Positions 41,092 to 52,400 of a stretch of 64,000 nt of DNA are shown here, one piece after another. The stretch comes from Antedon mediterranea (taxonomy: Eukaryota > Animalia > Echinodermata), in the NCBI RefSeq assembly GCF_964355755.1, contig NC_092675.1, positions 26,198,912-26,262,911 on the forward strand, in the 5' to 3' direction. A model generated the notes under the pieces. That model was given only the letters and a program-made list of their open reading frames with translations. It was not told the DNA's origin and searched no databases. The translations under genes and the position numbers were made by a program. The stretch's first letter is position 1. Every line of letters starts with the position of its first letter.

Positions 41092-44000
41092 ATTGAATGG
41101 GTTTAATTAGACTTGCCCAAAGTCTGTATTCATTGTCTTTTTTATTTATTTATTTTTTTATTTCGATTTTTGTCTGAAAATATCCAAAGTAATATACGTA
41201 TGAAACGCAATATGTGCAAAAATATTTATTTTTTTACTAAAATTAAGACAAAACTCCGTCTGGAACCCAGACTAGGGTTTAATGCATATACATAAAAACA
41301 TACTAATAATGTTAACCGACCGACATATTGTTACTACAATCTAAGTTAGATTCTTTCAATACTTACGATTTAAACTCTAAGCAGACCTACGGTAGCTTAC
41401 GGTAGGTTTAGTTAAGATTAATAAAATTAATATTTGGATTTGACTATTTCTTTTATAAAGTTTAATAGATGAAAGTAATGTTTTAAGCAATTTTTAGATT
41501 TTTTGAAATAAAGTCTTTGTATTGAAATGTAACATATCTTATTTAACAGCCTTAATAACGCCCGAAGATTCTAAAAGCACAGTAACTGTAAATGTTGGTG
41601 ATGATATCACAATAGGATTCAACACAGATATAAACAATACTTTATTGTGGAGAAAAGATGGATCTAATGCAATTAAAATTGGAATGACGTGATGACGTTT
41701 AACAGGGTAAACACCAGCGATGCCGGGGTTTATGAGATGCATGAAAATGGTAAACGGGCAGATCGTAGGCATGCGTTTATCAAGTTGATTGTACGAGGTA
41801 TAGCTATATACAGTTAATGAAAATACTAGCGTAAATTGTAGGCCTACTACCAACGGCAAAATACTGATAATACCCTGATAAATATTATATACAAATTGTC
41901 TTCGTATGTTCATTGATACCTCTGACAGTGAGTATTTGTCTACTGTTTTTAAATGATAATGAAATCATAAAATTGTGTGCGATTTTTTTTTAGCCTGTCC
42001 ACGTCACAAATGGGGTCCACCTGACTGCACTGGCGATTGTGAATACTGCTATAATGGAGGCGTATGTGATGATAAAACAGGAATATGTATCTGTGCACCT
42101 GGATTTAAGGGACCCACGTGTGAAAATGGTAAGAACTTATTATATAAACTGAAATAAAATTGTTAGCACAACACAATAATTAAGAGGACACCTTTTTGTA
42201 CCATTGTAAAACTGTAAAACCAATAAAAAAATCAACTATAAATGTTTTGTTTGTTTATTCTTTTTTCTGCCTTTCTTTTAACATTTATTACGTAGAATGC
42301 GGTGCCAATACACATGGTTGGAATTGCGAAAATCGTTGTACTTCAAGGAATCTAGATTATGCGTGCAGAAACTATCAGTTTTGCTTACCTGACCCATATG
42401 GTTGTAGCTGTGTAAGCGGGTTTAAAGGCATTTCATGTGAAGCAGGTACACAGACGGTTTTAAATATTTTTTTAAAGAAGTAGTTTTTATTTTAAAGAAG
42501 TTAGGTCTAAAATATAATTAAAGTTCATTGTCATATACACGTCCATTTATATCCCGTATCTAACTACCATGCACTACTTTCATATATTTTCAATAACAAT
42601 ATTTTTTAACCTACTTCTATACCTTTTCTTTACTATTACCTCTTATTTTCTTTATGTATCTATTTTTCAGAATGTCCACCCGGTACATTTGGTGCAGATT
42701 GTGCTCAAACTTGTCATTGTAATAGAAGGTGTTGTGATCGATATACAGGACGATGCACTAGCATTGAAGATTCTTCTTGTACATTTCCATGGGCGGGATC
42801 TAACTGCCAGAGTAAGGTTAACTTTTTAAAAGCTTCAGTAATGTGTTGATGATTGCTGATTGCAGAATACATATTAACATTGATCATATTCTTATTGTAG
42901 ATATCGCAGTTTCTATATTAATTCGTAAGGTTTTAACAAACATTCTACAAATTTATAATAATAAATAAATAACAATAATAACTTATAATATAATAATTAC
43001 AATCATTAAAATGATTTAATTAGAATGTCAACCCAAATTCTACGGAGAAAACTGTGATATGGAATGTAACAACGTATGTAACGAATGTGAAAGATTGACT
43101 GGAAATTGCATAACGTGTTCATCTAGTTATCTTGAACCCGATTGTAAAATTGGTAAGCATTTAGTATATTGGTGAACTATTTATTCGGACATACAATGTT
43201 TAAACACATGTAAGCTAACAATGACATTTTACTTAAAAATAGATGTTTATAACTTAACATACTGTAAAATACACTCTATTTTTATAATGAAAAGGAATCC
43301 TGAATACCAAATTTATAACAGCAAATAACGGCCAGAATACATCGGTATCCTGTTCAGTATATCACACTGATGCATACAAAGTTCAAACTATGATTATAGT
43401 GATGAATAATGACGTAACTGAAAACATTACAACAGCGTTGGAAGCAAAGCAAGATGGTCAGAATATAATGATATATACATTTTCTGTGATAGCTGATGTG
43501 GATTCGACATACAATTGTGTAATCTCGCATGAAGGTGTTCTAGCTCAGAGTGTAATCATACCAGAAATATTTCGTAAGTAGAATTTAGAATTTTTTAATG
43601 ATTGGAGACAATGGTGATAACCGATTTTAGTTGATACTTATCTTAATCATGCATAACATGATATATTCTATAGATAAAAAATTTACGGAATAATTGAATT
43701 CCTCAAAAGGTGTACCTGTCTATATCGGAAATTTGACGGTACTTAATATTTCAAGCTCCTTTATCACCATTGAATGGACGGAATGGAACAACAATACTGA
43801 CGATGGAGATGGTCCAGTTGTTGGATACTTTTTATACCACAAACTGAGCAATACGACCGATTGGAAGAAAGGTTTATATCAAAATAATACATCAGGCACT
43901 GTTAATGGGTTGATGTGGGATACAGAATACACTTTTGCTGTTTCTGCTGTGAGACCTGGTGAAGGAGGAGAAGGACCAATTGGGGAAAAGGAACTCCGAA

Positions 44001-44100
44001 CAAAAACGCAATGCGGAAGTAATGTTTGTTACTTACTTACAATGATTAAAGCAAAAATGTATTCTTTAATTGAAACATATAATAATTCTTTAAAATATCT

Positions 44101-44223
44101 CAAAATATGGATACACTTTAATCGTGAACTATTTGTTTTCAACGATTGTAATTTTACAGGACCTTCTCCAGTTCAGAAGGTAGAATATTGGGTTTTAACA
44201 AATGTAGTTTTTAAAAATAGCTA
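44101..44223 (+). repeat. About 120-bp tandem duplication containing a truncated copy of the first half-exon of the second FN3
   Basis: Acceptor at 44159, then GPSPVQKVEYWVLTNVVFKNS*, with no donor. The intact copy is at 44279-44346. Confidence 0.8.
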
Positions 44224-47200
44224 AAAATATAGATTAACTTTAATCGTGAACTATTTTTCCACGATTGTATTTTTACAGGACCTTTTCCGGTTCAGAAGGT
44301 AGAACACTGGGTTTTAACAAATGGAAGTTTTGAAGTGTCATGGATAGTAAGTGTAAAGAGAATTAATGTTTCACTACATGAACTCGATATTAAACTTCAA
44401 ACCGAATATCCTTACAATTAAAAACACTAAAATCAAATTTACCTTTAAAGAACGTGAAGTTTCTCAAAGTAAACATAACGGTAAATTACTGGAACTATTT
44501 GATAACTAAACCAAAAGGACGTGTAACTTTATATAACAAAACATTAAAATATTTTTTATGTGAGACATGTTTCGGATAACTTCAACTATTCGTCTGTATA
44601 CTACCGTTCTTAAACTAAGGATACACATTGCTGAAAACCATGTGGTTTGATTATATTTTAAAAGAAACTATAAACCGGTAAAACTTTATTTTACTGTTTT
44701 ACTTTAGAAAAACTTGGAATTCCAGCCACTGAAATGTCCCAGTAAGACATTAATGTACAACGTTTACCTAAAGGTGATCAGCAATGAAGAATATCATGAG
44801 AAGGTTTACCACACTAATAATACCCAACCGACTATTGATGATATTGATGTTGTAGACAGCTATGTAATTTTGGTTACTGTTTCTAATAAAGACAGTGAGA
44901 GTATGTCTGTTGGAAGTCCAAATAAACAAGAGAATGGTAATGAAAAGTTAAACTTAAGTTACATTTTACAAAATGGCACTGTGGTTTGTACCCAGACAAC
45001 TTAAACAAGTAGTAAATCTATCTATTATTTTAATACTTTTCTCTATCAAACTTTAATAAGTAAACTTAAATTTGCATTACTGTAGTTTCAGAAAATGTCA
45101 ATACATCTGTTTTTAAAAGTCCTAGTTTAATTGGCGGCGCTGTTGCAGCTGGTGTGTGCATTGGTACCTTATTTACTATTATGATAACACAATGGTGAGA
45201 TGATTCTTGTTATATTGTTTTAAAAAATACATTATAATTTCTAATTATATGTTAAACTACATTATGTTGCCCAATGATTAACAATTATTCGTTGGCCATA
45301 AGATGATTTGCGTTTTCCACATTTAAACATGATGGCATTTGTATGCTTAAAATTACATTTGTTGTTTTTATTCAATTACAAATAGGTTTTTTATAAAATG
45401 TGTATAAAAAAACCAATAATAAATATAAAATCTGCAGAGACCAACATGTAAGAATTATATATCACTTTTTTAAAGCAATACCCAACGTAAGAATTCAAGT
45501 AAATCTGATGAAAACTCGTCAAACGAACTTCAGGCTTATCAGGATTATGCAAATGATGGTAACACCTCGTATTACAAAACATGGTAAGTGTATTCACTAT
45601 TGTTTGCAAAATCACATGCGCTACAAAATGCCTTTTAGGAAACCAAGTGTTGGCGAAAGAGCAAGCCAAACCGAGCGGACGGCAACTCAGGCGGACAAAC
45701 CAAATCATTTCACAAACCTGTCTCGCAATCGGGGTTCCAAAATGGTGGATAAAATCGATAAAGTTGTGCATAATCTTGCGTGGCCTGTCAAAGGCGCGTA
45801 GGGGAAATGTTGAGGAAAAAATACCATTTTCTCCGACAATGCATCCGCTCGACTGATGAGCTCGCGAGTTAAATTGTAGCGGGGCCAATCTTGCTCGGTG
45901 TGGCTTCATGCGCAATTAATTATAAGCCATGCCAATGTTCAACTTATGCAAAATGGCATTAGAACAACCCATCGAAATGATAAAACAAGCGTTTTGGATA
46001 TATCGGTATACCATTTTAGGGTTGGCTGATTGTTTTGTACCGTACCTAACAAACGTCCAGTACCCTAATTCGAGACTAGGTATAGACTGGTTCGAATTTT
46101 CAGTTTTTAAAAACTGAAATTATAATCAATTTTATATTTTTATGCTTTCGTATTCCTAATTTATTGTCAATACTTATCTGCTTGTTTGCTACGAACCACC
46201 TGTTTGATGAAGATCGGAAAAAAACTGGTAACTGCGGTTGACATGGTCGTCTGTTTCCGCCTGAAACGGATACACTGACCACTTTACAACTCCCTGCACT
46301 GACAAAGCTCCCGAAGCTTGAATGTGATGTGTATAAAACACCATTGATCGACTTGGGATCAACATGGACAATATAGCTCTTTTTTCCATGCCGACCGCGG
46401 CTATCCTGTTTATGTCAATATATTGTTGTACACATCTGCACAGTCCTATTTGAATAACGCACGACGGCATACCAAGCCATGTCGTACAACTACGATGAGA
46501 TACAAATGATCTTTAAAGAAAAGGAACGAAGAGAATTAATAAATTCACGGTTAGGGTTATGTTATTGTAGTTAATTTATAGGAAATTAATTTTGTATTAT
46601 TTTGGTAAAATATGGTTATGGTTAAGTTTATATTTAAGATTTAACTACTATTATATTTTTTATTTCAGCATCTCCTCTAATCAAGAAAGTGATTATGAAT
46701 TACCTGATCTCGATGAAAATGATTATGTGAATGAGTTAAATGCTCAAGAACCTAAAACTGAAGTAAACTAATAAGATCAAAATGGTAATATGTGAATTAA
46801 GATGCTGAATCAAAATGTGTTCATATTATTATAAAAAAAAACACTTTCCAACAATAGAGAAAAGAAAAACAAACCTACATTAATTAAAGTATAGTCATAT
46901 TGTTACCAATACCCAACTAGCGCTATTCCAATACTTCTTTTATTTTATTTTATTCAATTTTCAGGCACAAATAACAACGTATAAAACATGATAGCGGTGC
47001 AGCATCCCATGAGTGCTAAGCACTATCGAATTGGCTCTCCATACTGCACATATAAAAGTGAAACAAAAATACAAATAAACAAAGAATTGAAAAATTGCGT
47101 TGTATCAAATTAAACAGTCATTAAATATATATATACTTTTTCTCATTCTCACAGATTTCCTCATCGTTATCGTTTCAAATTAATTAATTAAATTTCAGTA

Positions 47201-47825
47201 TATCACCGGGCGGTTTAGAATTAATGTTCTTTGCCTGATTTGTTTATGATTTAGCTTTTCGCTTTTTATTTTTGTATCTCCATTGAGATCCAGCCACTGA
47301 TACCCACAGCATTGTCATTTTTTTCAGTAATTTGCCTTTGGATTTATATATATATATATATATATATAATTATTTACAGATAATATATATATATATACAT
47401 TTCCGTACGTTTCAGTTAATGCACCATTGTTTTCCAATATTATAATATAGGGATAGATTTGCTTATGAATTGTAAATATTTAAATTTATAGTACGGTAAA
47501 GATTCATACATTTATACCACATTTTAATTTCATAGAAATAATAATTATGTATTTTATTTCATATTATATTATTTGGAATGTAATACTTGGAAGGCACTTT
47601 CAAGAAAATAATTAGTTTAATATCTAAATATCTAGTTAAACTCACGAGAAACAGTTATACATACGCTAAAAATACAAATACTTGGCACAGATGCGCTTAA
47701 AATCAAAAAATGAAACGCATAAAAATACAATGTGAACTTATAAATAAAAGAAACAGTAATAAAGAAGGCTTATTTACTTATAAAGAGTGACATTGTAATT
47801 AGTCTACATGAAGGCAGTGATGCCT

Positions 47826-47868
47826 CAATTGGAGAAGAACTCCAAACAAAACAAAAACGCAATGCGGA
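47826..47868 (+). pseudogene. Isolated fragment of the FN3 exon 3' end in the G5-G6 spacer
   Basis: CAATTGGAGAAGAACTCCAAACAAAACAAAAACGCAATGCGGA resembles G5 43977-44017 CAATTGGGGAAAAGGAACTCCGAACAAAAACGCAATGCGGA. Confidence 0.6.
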
Positions 47869-48566
47869 TATAACCGCTTTAGTAACTGAAAGCCTCATAT
47901 AATTCTGACTTTTAAAATGTTTTAAGGTTAAAATTTAGGGTAAGATTTGTTAGCTTTCTGAGATAGCGGTGCTTTTGAATAATAATATTATTCAAAAGCA
48001 AATAAATGTATGTATATTTGAACTCTTTGAATGGATTGTTTTGTGAGCTTTTTCTTATTGTCACTAGAGTTCAAAGATACTCGAATGAATGAAGCAAGCC
48101 TGACAATCTCAGGCTTAAACAAGAGGTGCTGAAATGATAGTTGCCGTTGCCATTTCTATTGTACTGTAAATAAATAAATATAGTAATTTAATTGGGGAAA
48201 TGCTGTGCCGTACGAATGCCGTTTAGTGTTTAGTAAGAATTAATTTAAAAGTTTCACTGTTGAATCATTTTCCAGTCCCACATGTTTCAAGTGTGTGACA
48301 ATCATGCGAACATGAACGTGTTCCATTTTCTTCGATTTTGACGACAACAAATCATTTTCATTTCCGACTGTAACTGCGCATGTCAGCCGATATGCTCTTC
48401 CGGGATCAATGGGTAAATTTAGAACAAATATGTTTATTATTATAATATTTGCCAATTCAGCAGTGGTTACAAAAACATGAACAATTAAACAACTGTGTAT
48501 TTATTTAAAAAATAACCACACATGGTTGATTTGTTCCATCTTCATAATAATAATAACAACATAAGT

Positions 48567-48647
48567 ACTTCCTTCTTTCATTTATTAGATGTAAGCCATT
48601 GATGTAGGATTATTGGTAAATTTATTCTGGAAGCTAATATTGTAAGT
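48567..48647 (+). promoter_or_regulatory. Putative G6 promoter and first non-coding exon
   Basis: ACTTCCT at 48567-48573 and donor GTAAGT at 48642. Confidence 0.5.
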
Positions 48648-49109
48648 ATGGAGTGCTTAATGTGATTTTATAGAAATCCAAACATGGAAGATAGATTTAT
48701 TAATCTGTGGTTTGAAAAAGTAATCTCGACAAGAAGCCCATCTTAAAATCAAGTCTAATTGGCTTCTTTTCAAGATAGTGATTGGCTTCTTTTCGAGATA
48801 AACTGTATTTGAATGTCAAAGGAATAGAAAGGTATGATCGTGTTATTTATATCAATATATTGATGACCTTGCATCCTTAATTATCTCAACAACAAAGCCC
48901 AGGGTACGTGGTAGTATTGTATAATAATTTAAAACACCATTTAAACAAATAAGCAATTTGAATCATGTGATAATATAGGCCTAATTACGATTGTAAATCT
49001 GGTGGTGTGGCGCGCATGTGGTTGGTAATGTAAGAGACAGAAACTTGGACGACCACGATACAGTGGTGATGCCAAAGTGTAAGTGTTGCGTTGTTAGGAC
49101 TACAATACT

Positions 49110-49198
49110 AACAAAGCCATATACATCGCTGCAGTCGCGTGCTCAAGTTAGTGTTTACCGACCAACCGACCGACCGACCGACATAGTGAGCTGCTAAA
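49110..49198. mobile_element. Second, internally deleted copy of the ACCG-microsatellite HINE-like element
   Basis: Shares GCCATATACAT.GCTGCAGTCGCGTGCTCAAGTTAGTGTTTACCGAC and (ACCG)n with 34346-34463. Confidence 0.65.
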
Positions 49199-49477
49199 AT
49201 AAGTTACTGCAAAATGCATTGTTAATGTTTCTTTGTTGATGGAATATTTACAGTGGTTTTCTATAAACAGTAATTCATTTACTTAGTTTAATCTCATCGT
49301 TGTATAAATTCATTCTCACAGATGATATAATGAAATTGTAGTTTATGAAAAAAAATCATATTATTTTATTGAAGCTGTCGTACTAAATGCACGCGTTACC
49401 CTCCCTGGTGCTACTTGGATACTCCATATGAGTAACTCATACTAAATAATTTTGGATATCTTATATTTTAGAAAAGT

Positions 49478-52400
49478 ATGATTGTTACAGCTCTAATCTT
49501 CATCCAAGTTGTTGTTTTCTGTCTGGGTAAGTTATTTCACAAGAAGGCAGGTTATACAAATTAAATTATTATTTTAATTAAAAATTCAACATACTGTAAC
49601 ACTGACAAAACCCAGAATATCCCACGTTAAGGAACTTCATGTCAAAATTAGCAAAACTAAACTACGTCGATTTCCGCTGGATTTCCTTGGGGCTACATAT
49701 TATATTATTTATATTTTCAACAAATTTAAATTATGATTTTCTACTTTTTTCCACTACAGGAAATGATGGATATATAACAGTTTTGAATTTGTCTCCTCAA
49801 AACAGCGGTAACAATAGGTACCAATGTTACATTCCTAGTACATTCACTAGTTATAATTTGAGTTACGGTAGATCATTTGGAGTCAGGAGTTGGGAAAGTT
49901 TAAATGAAACATCGTGGGACGTGCCAAGTGATATTCAGAATGGAAGGTATGTTACAGATCCAGTAGGCATGGGAGTATATTATTGCAAGATAGTGAAAGA
50001 TGGCGCCACCACAATCGTTCAAACTTCAAAAATCAGAGAAAATGGTAAGGCAATATTAATACTTATACTATCTATTTGTTATTCTTCGCTACGTTATGAT
50101 ATTGGATTATGTTGTTGGCGGCTGAATATAAAAACACTTGTTATTCTACAGTATTAATTTTAAAATGTAACTCTCTGTTGCAATAATCATTTGCAACATC
50201 TCCCTTCCTTCGTAGCTAGGTGTCAATTACCGACAGTATTAAAATACGATGTTTCATTTTTGTTTTGTTCCTTGGGATTGGTTAGAAGTGTAAGATGTTT
50301 CATTTTCTTTATACAGATAGACACAACTTTAAATCAATCTCTCAATCATTATTATTGGCAAAATAGAATTTTGCAAAATAATACTTGCTTTGTTTGTATG
50401 TTAGCATGATAGCGCCTAAAATTTTGAAGTTATCGTTCTGAATTTTTCGGTGTAAATAGGTACTGTATATACTTTATATACTTTATATATAAATTGGTTT
50501 ATTAACTTTAGAAATAGAAAAAACCGAATTTTTTTCTCATATTTTGGCAAGCACTTCACTCAGTTTCTGAGAGTGTTTTTCATCTCAATTAGTCATTTTC
50601 ATAACTTATATAAGATTATTATTATTATGGAAAGTTTGATCTTAACAATGGTGGTTGTAAAAAGTAACATTTCATGCATTTAACTGTATTGTGGTGGTAT
50701 CTAATTGTTTATAAAAACAGCCGTAATAACGCCAGCAGGTTCTAAAAACACAGTGACTGTAAATGTTGAAGATGACGTCACAATTAGATTCAACACATAC
50801 TTGAACAGTGATTTAGTGTGGAGGAAAAATGACTCTACTGAACTAAAGATTGGGACGGAAAAAAGCATGACCTTTAACCCAGTAGAGACCAGTGATGCTG
50901 GCGTTTACGAGATGTATCAAGATGGTAACCGGAACGACCGCAGGCATGCGTTTATCAAGTTGATTGTCCGAGGTAAAATGTAGTTAAATAAAAAAAAAAT
51001 TATTATGAATAAATAGGTCTAACAAACATCATTATCCCATACATAAATGTTATTTATAGGCCTACATTGAAAATTCTACGTAGTAAATATTTTTAAAAAC
51101 CAAATAATGAAAATAGGCTAGACCTGAAGGATTTTTATTTGTTAAATATAATATAAAATTACTTTATTATATCCTATTTCGACCATATAAAAACTAAATA
51201 AGCCCTATGAATAACAAAAAAAAAGTAGAAATTACTAAGCAGTAAGGGTGACACCATTATGACAAAAGTTACTGTTTGTCGTATCAGTCTATTTTGCCTC
51301 CCCAATAGTAATAAAATTAGTCAACTTGGCTAAGACTTTCTAGTACAGTGATTTGACTTTGATTTGTCATTCTTTTGTTTTTCATCACAAAGTCGTAATT
51401 TAGTTTGTGCTATTCTTAGAATGTCCACGTCACAAATGGGCTCCACCTGACTGCACTGGTGACTGTGAATACTGCTATAATGGAGGTGTATGTGATGACA
51501 AAACAGGATTATGTATCTGTGCACCTGGATTTAAAGGAGCCACGTGTGAAACTGGTAAGACCTTGGTATTTATGATAAATAATAAATGTTGATAGTGAGG
51601 TGGATCAAAGCATATTGATCGAAACGTCAAGAAACAGTTTATTTTTTCAGAACTAATATACGTGGTGTACCGCAAACTTTATATCAACATTTGATTTCGC
51701 AGTGCAAACCTTCAAACAATATAAATAATAAACATTATTATTATTATGTTCATTTTATAAAATGTAATGGCAAATTTTAACCTTAATACTCCAAGCATTT
51801 TTTCTATAACCAATGTAAAGACATTTCTACATAAGCTTAAGTAGGCCTACTACTACCTTTTTAAAAAAACGTATGTAAATAATATTAGCCTCATAAAATC
51901 TGTTTATTGAATAGCCAAACAAGCAGCAAGGACAATTTCGGCAGCAAAAATGCAACAAAAAGATCTTGAATAATTAGAATAGACAATGATAATTATACGT
52001 ATTTATACTATTATCAATTCCTTACAGCAGAACAAAATACGTTATGTACATTATGATATGATTTTATGAAATTAATTAATTCTATTTCCATCCTTTATTG
52101 TACTGTAATTACCAAATAAAACACAATATTGAAAAATATTAATACATTTCGGTTGTATACTTAGAATGTGGTGCCAATAGACATGGTTGGAATTGTGAAA
52201 ATCGTTGTTGCTTTTAATAACCCCGCACATGCATGTAGTAACAAACAATTTTGCCTACCTGATCCATATGGTTGTACATGTGTCAGCGGCTTTAAAGGCA
52301 TATCATGCCAAACCGGTAAAAACTGCCTTTTTTTATATTTTTCGTTTAAGGAATATCAAATTAAATTATAGTTAATATACGGTGGCATTTAATGAAATAC

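Larger units (their letters stand above)
39803..46771 (+). pseudogene. G5: TIE-like receptor gene with a 4-nt deletion in the Ig2 exon and no first tail exon
   Basis: Exons 39803-39854, 40536-40820, 41550-41797 (248 nt versus 252, TGA at 41690), 41994-42128, 42296-42445, 42671-42811, 43024-43152, 43295-43573, 43710-44018, 44279-44346, 44708-44936, TM 45092 (or 45086)-45194, 45476-45583, 46669-46771. All other exons are open, and the sum without Ig2 (2091 nt) is in frame. Confidence 0.8.

Noticed and set aside
1834-41913. Minus-strand ORFs such as 1834-2127, 7882-8163, 21590-21880 and 41539-41913
   Set aside because: They are antisense shadows of the real + strand exons and have no independent coding signal.
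45391-45915. 174-aa minus-strand and 133-aa plus-strand ORFs
   Set aside because: They straddle a G5 tail exon, read in another frame, and an intronic insertion. There is no recognisable domain, so they are likely chance ORFs in GC-richer DNA.
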